Assembly: GCF_006345805.1 (NCBI RefSeq)
Contig: NC_042999.1
Span: forward strand, 125,736,001 to 125,800,000
Length of the DNA: 64,000 nucleotides
Source: Octopus sinensis
Taxonomy: Eukaryota
Direction of reading: 5' to 3'
Part shown: one piece after another, positions 12,671 through 24,608 of the stretch
How the letters are laid out: each line of letters starts with the position of its first letter
Numbering within the stretch: position 1 is the stretch's first letter
Notes under the pieces: generated by a model
Told to the model about the DNA's origin: nothing
The model's input: the letters and a program-made list of their open reading frames with translations, nothing else
The model's database searches: none
Position numbers and translations under genes: made by a program

Positions 12671-13521
12671 CACAAACACATGTATATAGAGAGATTTATA
12701 AGTTGTTTGTATATGACAAACTTTAGATGAATTTAAAAGTTAAATAAAAATTTATAACAATGTACAATCAAAAGCAGAATACATATGATCATGAAGCTTA
12801 ATCCCGTCATCTTTAAATGATGTGGAGCGATTTGTACATATATGAAACTCTTGATAGAAAAATCTATACAACCTTTTGGACAGTGTTAACTGTCTGAACA
12901 ATATTTAATTCTGATGGAGTTACTGTTTTGGCAATTCCCTAAAACCTAAACTATATGTCTAGTCCAAGATGTACTCAGAAGTTTCTATAACTTGTGATAT
13001 TTCAGTTCATGACTATTTTTCAACAATCTCAACTGAATTTAGTCAATTATAAGCATCTATAATGTTAAATATACAGGTTTCAACATCCCAGGAATTGATC
13101 ACCATCCCAAATTCTATAATTTCTGCTGTCAAAATTATATTTTCCATGTAATTTACTGGCTTTCTTTTTGGGTATTTTGAAGGAATGACAAGAAATGACA
13201 TTGCAAGGCACTGCGTGTCATTTCATATACAAGCATTGAAGCCCAGGGGCTTCTACGTATGCTATAGTTGTGCATATGCAGAGGCCTCAGTGCATTTTAC
13301 CTAGGAGCATCTAATACTATTAAAATATCCCTGATGAACAAGAAAAAATTATTCACTCACTTTTCTAGTAGTGTTTCAATGGTTTTTTTTTTTTTAATCT
13401 TCTTAGTACAAATATTTACATCTTACAGCTGCTATCTCGACAACTGCACAAATACAGAGAAAGAGTTTAATTTTAATGGCCCTTTCCGATGAGTAAAGTA
13501 AAAACAACACATTCAACTTAC

Positions 13522-13686
13522 TGAAAGAACTTTTTTGAAATCTTCATAGCTATGTGGCAATTCCTTTTTAAAATTGTAGACTTTGAAAGCTACACCAATT
13601 CCAGCACAATTCACCACTGCATCAAGCCGACCAAAGCTGTTTTTGGCTATTGCTAGCGCATTATCAACATCAGCTTCAGATGTTAC
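13522..13686 (-). CDS. HSD17B10: HSD17B10 coding exon 3
   Basis: Acceptor ataag|GTA and donor TCA|gtaagt. 165 nt encoding [55 protein letters not shown] (SDR NCAG motif). Confidence 0.96.
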
Positions 13687-14433
13687 CTTATAATGAGAAA
13701 GCATAGAAAGGATAAATAAGGAACAGAAAAGTAGTTAATAAATTGTCAATAGTGGTTTACTGTTAATATTAAATTTCAAAATCTGCAATAGGAATCAGCA
13801 ACAAATGAGCCACTGAGGTGTTCTTGGTGAGTCCTGGACATTTTCTAAAAGGTTTTCAGATGTAATGCATTTGTGGTTATTGAGCAGTTGATACCTTTAA
13901 GATGGTCTTTTGTGTCATGAATTGTTTAATTTGTGCATACATGAGCACCAAAAGTAATGGAAATGGGAAAGTACATGGGGATGTCTTAATATGTATGATA
14001 TGATATAATTGTAGGCCATATAATATTTATGGCCAAATGTAAGAGAATCAAAAGTTGGCTGTTACAATAAGTTGATAACCTTTCAAGCATTTTAATATGA
14101 GCACACAAGGAAGAAAATGAGTATAATTGCCACCCTTAAAAACATATACAAGAAGTTTAGGAAATACATTAATACTCATAAATTTTTATTTACTTTTTCA
14201 TTTTTCAGTGATAATATAGAAGCAGAAGACCAAGGTGAACATGGGCAGAAGTGGTGAAATCTTATTTCAGAACCCTGAACATCATGAAGAAAATGATAGA
14301 CAGAACAAGCTGTCAAGTGATGTACTGCGTAAGTTCTGTCCATCTCTTGCATGCACAAAAATACACATATAAAATGAAGAATGCTGATGTTAGAATGATT
14401 GGGATGGCTTTTACAAATTTGATCATATGCATA

Positions 14434-15514
14434 TTGAAATAATTATTTTAAGAGCAGGATGTTCTTCCTACAACTAATCCTCCAACAATCAAGTACCAAT
14501 TATCCATTCCATGAGTATGCCTCTCACTGAGGAAATGACCAGCGACCGAGACCTTTGGAAATATGCAGTGCGTGAGAAGACCAGGCAGGACAAGTGAGTC
14601 CAGCCCACTTATGCATGTCTTTCCTCCCTTGGACATACAAAGACTTGTTGAGGCAAGCGAAATCGAAATCGAACCTCATCCGACGACAGGCATCCATGCC
14701 AACCCCGCTTCTCTGCTTGTGAAGACCTGTTGGGGCAAGTGAAATCGGAATCGAACCAATCCTATAACTGGCACCCGGCAGTTGCCAGGACCCCTGGACT
14801 GGTGGTACGTAAAAAGCACTATCCGAATCGTGGCTGATGCCAGCGCCGCCTCGACTGGTTTCTGTGCCGGTGGCACGTAAAAAGCACCATCCGAATCGTG
14901 GCCGATGCCAGTGCCGCCTTGACTGGCTTCCATGCCGGTGGCACGTAAAATGCACCAATCCGACTGTGGCCGTTGCCAGCCTTGCATGGCACCTGTGCAG
15001 GTGGCACGTAAAAAGTACCCACTACACTCACGGAGTGGTTGGCGTTAGGAAGGGCATCCAGCTGTAGAAACACTGCCAGATAAGACTGGAGCCTGGTGCA
15101 GCCTTCTGGCTTCCCAGATCCCCGGTCGAACCATCCAACCCATGCTAGCATGGAGAATGGACTTTAAACGATGATGATGATGATGATGATGAGTTTAGTC
15201 AGAACAGAGTGGTGGGAGAGGCTGCACTCAAGACATTTTGTCATGTATTTAGGAGCTCATTAATCCATCATTTCGAATTTTTGTGGTGTAATTAAAAGCT
15301 AAATAAACTAAAAAAAATATTGCACCAACAAAATAATGGATTAATGAGCTCCGAAATACATGACAAAATGTCGAGTGTAGCCACTCCCACCACTCTGTTC
15401 TGACTAAACTATTTAAAAAAATATAGCCATACTCATGGAATGGATAACTGGTACTTGATTGTTGGAGGATTAGTTGTAGGAAGAACATTCTGCCCTTAAA
15501 ATAATTATTTTCAA
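14434..15514. mobile_element. Approximately 425-bp foldback/MITE-like palindrome interrupted by the 14520-15191 RTE
   Basis: Outer arms 14434-14519 and 15428-15514 (about 86 bp, 3 mismatches, 1 indel). Inner hairpin 15192-15410 has arms of about 80-95 bp. Confidence 0.8.
14520..15191 (+). mobile_element. 5'-truncated RTE: ORF C-terminus, full 3' UTR and (GAT)n tail
   Basis: Encodes LTEEMTSDRDLWKYAVREKTRQDK*, followed by four copies of a GGTGGCACGTAAAAAGCACC-like motif and the same tail as the 36-kb element. Confidence 0.88.
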
Positions 15515-15607
15515 ATTAAAAAAGATCCTAACAATACAAATCTGAAAAAAAAAAAATTATCATTACATTAGTATTTATTACTAATTTTGCTTTAATGTGT
15601 AACTTAC

Positions 15608-15772
15608 ATCGGTTGGTGCAAAGATACAGTTTCCTCCAAGCTTGCTTGCAACTTCAGCTCCTTTGGAGTTTGGCAAATCACACAGGATAACTCGAGATCC
15701 TTGTTGCACCAGTCTTTCTGCAACTGCATGACCTAAACCGGATGCCCCACCAGTCACCAATCCAACCAGGCC
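15608..15772 (-). CDS. HSD17B10: HSD17B10 coding exon 2 (NAD-binding TGxxxGxG motif)
   Basis: Acceptor ttcactag|GGC and donor GAT|gtaagt. 165 nt encoding [55 protein letters not shown]. Confidence 0.96.
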
Positions 15773-16669
15773 CTAGTGAAATAAACGAGGAATGTACAAA
15801 TAATTTAGTAAATAAGAAATTAGAAAAAAAGTCAAAATGATTCATGATAATAGGGTTAGTACATCACTGAGAGGCTTTTCTGGTTAGTATTGCATCGTCT
15901 GTTTTGGAGATCATTTTAAAGTCAAGTTTCCTATAAATATACCAATTGATAAGAAACAAATTGTCACATTGGACATGTGAGTATTAAGCACAATTTTTGT
16001 CTTTTAGGAAATGCCTAACTCCAGTCCTCTCGATAAGTCCTACAATGTAAATTATCTCCTTACACTTAGACATTGAAGTTTTATACTCTCTCTCTATGAA
16101 TTTCATCTTGGACCTGCTATATATATAGTTGGCAAATCTGCCTCAAATTTCTGAAAAGATTGAACACAGATGGGACAGTTTTGATCATAAGTCTGCTCAA
16201 TCAATGCTGACATAGATCTGAACAATGGATCTTGTTCATATGAACAAGCAAACTGTACCATCTGATTCATCAGCCACTCTTACCTTTGATTTAATTACTA
16301 AAGTCTGCATTAAACATATCATCCAAATCTTTAACTCCAGAAATGCGAATGCTTTGATCTCCCTCCTTGTCCACAGCCTTTCTACAAGGTACAACCTAGA
16401 AAACATCAACTACACTGGTCTCACCAGCCTGGCATGGCTTGCAATAATTATAGGTAAGGTTTCATTTCCCCTTAACTAAAAGGTATTCAACCTTTTTGAT
16501 ATCAACATTCCTGAGACTAAAGTTGTATGATAAAATAGATCGTATTGAAATTAAAGCTGCCTATCATAATTTTATCTCAGAATATTGTATATCCCAAACT
16601 ACTGTGTAAGGTGTCTATTTTACTAAATCCCTCCAAATTCTCGATCACTTTCAAAATTAATTTTAAAAC

Positions 16670-17135
16670 AGAAATAAATCAAAACAGTATATTTCAGAAT
16701 GATTAAATGTATTTTATAGAGAATTTAAAAGCAACAGAACAAAATATCTTCTTGAAGTCTGGAACATAACCTCAGTTTACTTTCAGCAAAATTTTAACTT
16801 AAGGTCATAAGAAATATGTAATGAAAGGGCTAAAACCCCACAAAAACTCAGGTGTTATACTAGATCTTTCATGTACTAAGAAGTTCAAGTCTTCCATAAT
16901 AATTCTGTGTTAGAACCTTTTGAATCATGTTTGAAACACTAGCTCAATGATGAAAAAAATCATTTTACCAAGACTCTTTCAAATTCTTGATTGTTTTAGA
17001 AATAAATCAAAACAGTATATTTCAGAATGATTAAATGTATTTTATAGAGAATTTAAAAGCAACAGAACAAAATATCTTCTTGAAGTCTGGAACATAACCT
17101 CAGTTTACTTTCAGCAAAATTTTAACTTAAGGTCA
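16670..17135 (+). repeat. Identical 138-bp direct repeat (16670-16807 and 16998-17135) in HSD17B10 intron 1
   Basis: Base-by-base comparison by eye showed no differences. The offset is 328 bp. Confidence 0.93.
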
Positions 17136-18238
17136 AAGCCTGCATCATATTTCTCAGTGTTCTTTTTATATAATGCATTATCCACAAAGTAATTTACCCC
17201 TTCCGTTTTTTGCACGTAGACATGCATTACAGAAATTTATCCTTAGATTGACCAAAATATGAAATATAACGCCTATAAAATTATTTTATTTTAGAAAATT
17301 AAGATAAAAATATCAATATAATTATAAAATAGATAACTTTCGAAACATAATTCTTCATTGTTCGCATACTGGGTCCTTTATTAACACTAAAGAATCGATT
17401 TTCGCTATGGCTTGAGATATAAGGTCACATAGACATAGCAAAAGAAATGAGCATATTTCTTTCAGAAACTGTCAAAAGTAAACGTTTATAAAAGTTGGTT
17501 ATTATTAACAAGAGGGCGTGTGTATTAGTAATTGCGTCTTAAAGGTCAATAATTACATCGGGGACATTATTTTTTAGTTGTTTGGATTAAGAGGAACCCC
17601 CACCCTAACATGTTGATGTTTTCCTCGAATCTCCTATTTGTTAACAATTTATGAGAATAAATTCTGATATTTTCTGTTTTAATTTTCTTACATTTTCAAT
17701 GACGATATCCACAAGACAACTGCTGTCTACAACACCGGTAACTATATTTGTAAGAGTTTTCTTAGAACTATTTTATCAATACTCAGTCCAAATTTATAGA
17801 GCCGAGTTGAATACTATACAATTTACATCAAGGCAATTCGTGGCTCTCGAGGTTGTGTTGAACCTTTCTTAAAAAAGACGTCTCCGTTTAGAACAAAAGA
17901 TATTTTGAAAACAGGAGGAAAAAAAAATTAAACATCGCCAAATTGAGCACTATCAGAAACAAGTATTAAACAAGCAATACGGAACTGACATTAAATTTAT
18001 TTACAGTAAAAAAAAATGTAAATATTACAGAGATAATATCTTTTGTCGAGGAAGAAAAAAACCCATTAAAGTTACGCCACGTGTTCGAAGATAATAAAAG
18101 AAATGTTCGAATATAAAGATGGAATGCTATATAAAAGGCGTAAATATACAAAGACTGACTACTATGAAATAACATTCAGCTGGTAAGAACAAAAAGAAAT
18201 ATGAAATGCAATAACAAAAGCTAGCAGCTCAAGTTTAC

Positions 18239-18259
18239 CTTCAAAGCGATTATAGACAT
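18239..18259 (-). CDS. HSD17B10: HSD17B10 coding exon 1 (MSIIALK)
   Basis: ATG at 18259, 21 nt, then donor AAG|gtaaac. It joins exon 2 in phase 0, matching the short first coding exon I recall for the human gene (MAAACRSVK). Confidence 0.8.
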
Positions 18260-18459
18260 GCTTCGACCTTCGTTGATAATAAAACACCTGTCAGGAACGA
18301 TAACTCTTTGTTACTTCTACTCAGATGTTAGGTGCTGTGAAGAAATAAAAAAAATTAGCATGCGTAAATAAATGAAAATGGAAAAATAAAACTTCTGACA
18401 ATATGCAGATCCACTCTACACCTCGAATATATTACTTTTCTTTTCTTTTTTATTTTTTA

Positions 18460-18965
18460 AAGCTGGTGAGCTGGCAAAATCATTAGCACGCCGGGCAAAA
18501 TACTTTGCAGCATTTCGTCCATCTATACCAGTGGTTCTTGGAGGCGGTGCAAAGTTCTAAGAGGACGTTGAAGAAACGTGGGGCGATGATGGGGTAGCGA
18601 TTCATGTAAAAATTGGGGCAATAATGGGGTGGCGATTCCTGTAAAAAGCAACAAAATAATGGGTTCATTAGGTTAAGTTTTATTTGTGAAATACAGTTGC
18701 TTTGAATTTGCTTTAGAAAGAGGTCTATATTTGTGATGGTTAGACGGGATGGAGGCGGTAGGAATGTGGCCTGGGTCTCAAGGGGCGGCAGCTAGAAAAA
18801 GTTTGGGAACCACTGGTCTATACGGTCTGTGTTCAAATTCTGCCGAGGTCGTCTGCCTTTCATCTCCTTTCGGAGATCGATAGAATAAATACCAGTTGAT
18901 TACTGGGTGAACGATGTAATCAACATATACTTTCTCCTGAACTTGCTGGCCTTGTGCCAAAATTT
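18460..18965 (+). mobile_element. Abundant SINE with core GTCGACTTTGCCTTTCATCCTTTCGGGGTCGAT (resembles the Meta-type SINE domain), split by a hAT MITE
   Basis: Head gagctggcaaaatcattagcacgccgggc, core, and tail ggccttgtgccaaaatttg. The same family occurs at about 25240-25380, 26460-26600, 39920-40140, 41986-42678, 46345-46550, 47488-47899, 52657-52881, 53430-53620, 58430-58500 and 59688-60131. Confidence 0.75.
18529..18815. mobile_element. hAT-type MITE nested in a SINE upstream of HSD17B10
   Basis: TIRs CAGTGGTTC / GAACCACTG and 8-bp TSD ATCTATAC / GTCTATAC. Confidence 0.85.
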
Positions 18966-19289
18966 GTGCATCCTTAATTTATATTCAATACTGTCATTGA
19001 ATTACTGGCCCAAAGAAGCGGTGTAAAATGTTATAGCATTTTCAAGAATCTTCCAAACTGGTGAAGTTTGTTGTATTTGATTTTTTACTTCCGTAGATTG
19101 GTATTTGTAGAGGAAGCAAGGATAACTTAGAAGTGTTTTTACAAAGCAGTTGTTTTTCTTTTGGAAATCTTAGCAAAACAAGGTTTTGAGTAATGTGGGA
19201 CATTATAGATGAGAAGACAAACATGATTTAGGAGAGGGTATATTCACAGTTTTTTTTTTTTTTATTCAGACGATCATAAACCTCATAGG

Positions 19290-19680
19290 CATTGGAGTGG
19301 CTGTGTGGTAAGTAGCTTGCTTACCAACCACATTGTTCCGGATTCATCCCGCTGCGTGGCACCTTGGGCAAGTATCTTCTACTATAGCCTCGGGCCGACC
19401 AAAGCCTTGTGAGTGGATTTGGTAAACGAAAACAGAAAGAAGCCTGTCGTATATATATGTATATATATATGTATGCGTGTGTATATGTTTCTGTGCCTGT
19501 GTTTGACAACCGATGCTGGTGTGTGTACGTCCCCGTAACTAAGTGGTTTGGCAAAAGTGACCAATATAATAAGTACTAGGCTTACAAAGAATAAGTCCTG
19601 GGGTCGATTTGCTCGACTAAAGGCGGTGCTCCAGCATGGCCACAGTCAAATGACTGAAACAAGTAAAAAGAGAGTAAACC
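19290..19680 (+). mobile_element. tRNA-headed SINE with internal (TA/TG)n and cagcatggcc...tgactgaaacaagtaaaa tail
   Basis: Head ggagtggctgtgtggtaag...gttccgg and body aaagccttgtgagtggatttggta. Relatives lie at about 4090-4260, 8575-8940, 35640-35830, 35940-36325, 39410-39800, 47950-48275, 51895-52270, 52545-53125 and 63720-63870. Confidence 0.75.
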
Positions 19681-21924
19681 AAACAATACTGGGTACAATG
19701 TACTGGTGAGTCAAAATTTGCCTCAGTCGGTTTACTTTTTCCTTTCTTTTTTCTTTTAGAGGTAGTCTCAGTTTTTGTGTGTGTCGCAGCAGTCCTATAT
19801 ATGTGAATAATGATCTAACGAAGGTGCATTTCTGTCTTGCTAACGAATAGGAACTGATTAGAACTGAAATATGTGTGGTCCTGAAGTGCAAGTGTAGCCT
19901 TTGGAATACACTTTTGGTTATGCTATTTTGGTTAAGTCATCATACTAGATTGAAAGCGGGGTTCATCAAACTTTTTGGTATGCGGCCCAGAACTGGAAAT
20001 GTTTTAATGTCTTGCGGACCAAAGCAAATACGAAATAAAGCCATGATCAAACAAAGTTGTGGAGTTAACTTTTGGTGAAATATAGAATTATCTCTGAATG
20101 TGCATCTGACAAAAAGCTGTTGGAAGTCCAGGAGGTGTAGAAGTAGGTTGGTTATACATTTCTGGTTATGTAATGCCATTCAGAGACCCAAACTCTACAG
20201 GTTAATAGTTGCACATCGTATGTGTTACAACACTCAATTTCATATTGGCGGGTGTTTAAGGAAATTCATGAACATTTTTTTTGTTGACTAATGGTGGGGC
20301 TCTAATTTTGTGTCATGCTTTCAGTACGCTGGCAATCCTAGAGTAAGTATTTGTTCATGGTATGCATTGACTCTCATATTTTACTTCCGCACTTGATAAC
20401 ATAAAACCAATGGATTTCCACAACAGTTTATCTAAGAAGATCATTGCTTAAGAATCTCTTGTCGCCTAGTAATGCTCCCGCGATGAAGTCATTCTGCTAC
20501 ATACCATTATGTTTTGGCTTATTGGAGTAGCTGTTCTTTGAAATTTCGAAAATCTGCAGGGTTTGACCCCAAACACATATTTCCGCTGATAAAACTATCT
20601 CACTTAGTGATAGAGCTTAATGGCAGTGCTTTCATACATGAAGTCAATCCCACAATATTTTGGTGAGGACTTTTAACAATAAGAGAACCAAATACAGAAT
20701 TGGCTTTCCACATCGTATTGTACTGCTCAATACTATCACGTTTATCACCACTAAGATTGCATTCAAGGTATAAGCACTGTCATCATTTTCATCGTATATG
20801 CTTCGAAATTGCTCTCCTGTCGAGATAAATGCAAGAATAGGCTCAAATTATCAGACAGAAAATATATTGGGTATTCAAGATGGAGGAAGATTATACGGCA
20901 ATGATAAAAATTACTTAAATTCAGTAGAAACGGTACAGCTCAGTGTTTTCGATTCCTTTTCAACTACTTCATTGCAATCAAACGTCACATGGATACTCAT
21001 CATCCTTTAATAGTCACATTGAGCATCAGTTCAAAGATGTTCCACATAATTTGCATCCATTGGATGCAAATATTGCTTCTAGACTGGCTGCCTTCTTTTA
21101 TTACGGAGACAGAATTATTGTGGCAATTTTATGGGTGGTAGAAAAGACTGTGTAGCGGTATTTAGCATTTGAAAGCCTGATATTTCGGTAACGAGAAAAC
21201 CCCCACGACATGATATCAGGTGATTTTGGCCTGTATTTCGGCCAATCGTATTTCAGGTGCATTCATATGATTGCATGATTTTAATAGAAACTTCCGTGTA
21301 GTTTCCCATCCAAATATAGACATAAATGTTGACTAGCAGGACAAGCAGAGCAGAAGTACATTCAGTTGTAGAGATTTACTTCTGACATAGTTATCATATA
21401 TAGCTCGATCATAAGTTATTATAAAACTGTTTTTGGGGTTACAATTTTAGATGATAATATTCCGACGGCCGTTTCTGGGGTTCATTCTTCCGGGTAAAAA
21501 ATGAATCTTGAAATTCATTTTCGGAGAATGCCTCCTTCGCCAGGAAAAAAAAGGGATATTCACATTAGGTATGCATTCAGCGTATATGGCAATAGTGATG
21601 ATGGATCTCTTGTATTATTCTAAATTTGAGTGGCCTGACTGTGGAGAAGAGCCAGGGACTGTGTTGTTTAACAAGCCATCAGTTGTTCTAGTAGAACACT
21701 CTAGATGAGTAACTGCCAATGCTGATCTTGTTGCTATTGTTTTGTTGTGGTAAGTGTAGTAGCAGCAAAACATGATGACAATGATAATGGTGGGTCACTT
21801 GTGGCATTTTGAGGAAATGAGGAAGTGGGTAACTACAGAGTGAAGGGCTTTTGATTGTAGAGTTTAATATCTCATCAATTGTGCTAGTATTGAAGAGTGT
21901 CCATGGTTGTTGTTGTTGTTGTTG

Positions 21925-21978
<54 letters not shown>

Positions 21979-22106
21979 ATTAGAGAAAAACCTCTATTAT
22001 GCAATTCAAATATTTATATTGTGAAATTTGAAATTTGAAATTTAATTCTAGAAATTTCATTTAATACTAAATTGAATTTTTCCCTATAAGTTTGGAGTTA
22101 TACCCC

Positions 22107-22161
<55 letters not shown>

Positions 22162-22765
22162 GTTGATGAGGATACTTTAGTTCAGTAATATATCTTTCTA
22201 GAGATTTTAGCTCTTTGTTCTTATTTTCTAAGCCTGGGAAAGGTAAGCAGAGGGTGCAATATTGAATTTTGCACCAACACAAAATTTCAGGGGGTGCAAT
22301 TGCACCTCCTGTTCCCGGGCCTTTGATAAAAAAAAAAAAACAAGACAAAAAACTGTATAATAATAAACTTAACTGACCCAAATAAATCATTTTCTTAAAC
22401 TGTAATCTTTGCTGGTGTATCGAAAAGTCGTATGGGAAAAGGTATAATTCGAGTTCAGTGAGTACATTGTACGCTTAATGGAGCCAATTAATTATAGGTA
22501 CAACCTTAGAGAAAGGAAATAAGAAGGAACTTCTAGATTTAAGAGGTACTAATTCTACCTACAAGTTTTAATCAAGTCAGAATTTTGTTATGTCTATTTC
22601 TGTTTGTTTAGCCTCCTCCTATTTTTGCATGCAAATGTTTGAGTATGAGTTTCTATAAACGCTTACAGAGTGTAAGGTGGAATTTATACGTGCATCTACG
22701 TACATATTTTAGGGCCACAATAAGCATGTGCCCCCTCTCTCTGTCTGTATATATATATATATATA

Positions 22766-23563
22766 TTAGGGTGCGGTGAATAAACTGTCGTCTAAAAATA
22801 CTAAAGAGTAAATTTGTTCAGTAAAATCTCCATTGGCTTCAACCACGACCTCCAGATGACTTCGGAATCTCCTGTGACTCTTCTGCACGGTCTCCTTATT
22901 TAAGTTGGTGAATGCTGCCATAATCCTTGCCTTCAGTTCATCTTTGGTGTTACAAGGAGTTTTGTTGGTTTCTCACTCAACTGCATCCCATACATAATAA
23001 TCACAGGGGTTGTAGTCTAGGGAGTTAGGTGGCCAGATGTTAGAGGCGATGTGCTCGCAGATATTTTCTGATAGCCACGACAGGGTTTTCCTGCTTGTGT
23101 GGCACGGTGCAGAGTCCTGTTGCTAGGCATAGGGTCTTCCAGCAGTCACCCTCTTGACTCAGGGCTGCACTACCTCCTCCAGGCACTTGATGTAGGCTTC
23201 CGTATTGAGTCTAAAATCGCGTGGGAAGATGAATAGAGGCATAACGTCGCCATCAATAGTAATCATTCCAAATACCATGATGTTGGCTGGATGTTTAATT
23301 TGTATCACTCTCGGTACGTGTCCTCAGATTGACACCCAAACACTCTGAAATGTTCGTATTGGAGGTTCCTGTGCAAATGCCAAGCAGTACATCATGTCGT
23401 TTCCAAATTTCTGGTAGAATGAATTGTGTCATGCTGGTTTTCTTACAAAAGTGCCCAACTGACCCTACTATTCTATGTATAGCAGGGTCAAAATCAAAAA
23501 CAAACAATGCGCATGCACGGAATTGAAAACATATAATGGCGACAATTTACCCATCGCCCCCAA
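22766..23563 (-). mobile_element. Internally deleted maT (DD37D) Tc1/mariner transposon
   Basis: TA flanks and imperfect 26-bp TIRs. The transposase remnant QQDSAPCHTSRKTLSWLSENICEHIASNIWPPNSLDYNPCDYYVWDAVE has 37 residues between the last two catalytic Asp. Confidence 0.88.
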
Positions 23564-24020
23564 TATATATGACATTAAATGAATGTCAAGGGAAGAGGAA
23601 ATTATGCAATGAACTTCAGTGACCTATAGCTGTTTCTGCAACAAAATATCATACACTCAGAGCTGAGTGCTTGTGCATCACCGCCTAGCTTACTCGGAGT
23701 TTCAAAAATGAAGTGCACGACATGTTATAGCAGAAACAGTTGTAAACTAACGAAGTTTATTGCACGATTTCCTGTTCTTTTGTCATTTATCTAATTTCGC
23801 ATAAGGCTCTGTGCTTAACTAATACTTTATTCTGAAGCATACGTATAAAGAACTCTAACACCAGATTATTAGTATCGTTATACCTAAGCGAAACATTAAT
23901 ATATATTTTAGAAATGAAGGGAATCTCGAACGAAGGAAAGTAGCTGTGAAAACAACTTAGAGGATCGGGTACATACATACATGTATGCATGCATACACAC
24001 ACATACACAGTCTTTCTATA

Positions 24021-24128
24021 TATAGTAAGACTTTATATAGTCTTACTATAATAAGACTATATACAGTCTTACTATAGTAAGACTATATACAGTCTTACTA
24101 TAGTAAGACTATATACAGTCTTACTATA
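24021..24128. repeat. Palindromic minisatellite: 4 x 26 bp TAGTAAGACT-ATATAC-AGTCTTACTA
   Basis: Direct reading. Each unit is a hairpin, and unit junctions form a 20-bp palindrome. Confidence 0.9.
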
Positions 24129-24129
24129 T

Positions 24130-24449
24130 GTAGTCTCACGAATGACCATGGGATTGCATCTAGAAAGTTCCTCTCCGAGGCACAAGTCCGGGCAAGGTTG
24201 TTTGTGGAAGACCATCAGTCACCTATGCATATCAGCCTCCCCTCTCCATATCACCGATGTTATCCTAGGGAAAATCAAAGGCCAATACAGTTTGGCATCA
24301 GTGACGTCGCAACTCATTTCTACAGTTCAGTAAACTGGAGCAATGTAAAATAAACACAAGAACACAACACACAGCCCTGTCCGGGATTCGAACTCACAAC
24401 CTTACGATTGTAAGCCCGAAACTCCAACCACTCAGCCATGTGCCTACAC
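24130..24449 (-). mobile_element. tRNA-derived SINE, second family
   Basis: A box TGGCTGAGTGG and B box GTTCGAATCC on the minus strand, followed by a roughly 250-nt body. Confidence 0.75.
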
Positions 24450-24608
24450 ACTCGCTCGCGCGCGCGCACACACATAGGTAAGGGGTGAAGTGTCTACGAA
24501 CTTGGTAACTCTTCAATTAACTTTATACAGTACTTCCTCCCACCTCACTCTATCACCCTTTCACCTTCTCATTGCTATTCTTACATCCATAGGAAGAAAA
24601 GAAGCTTT

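Noticed and set aside
14800-15020. CRISPR-like repeat/spacer pattern
   Set aside because: It lies in the 3' UTR of an RTE LINE in a eukaryotic intron, the spacers are related to each other, and there are no cas genes.
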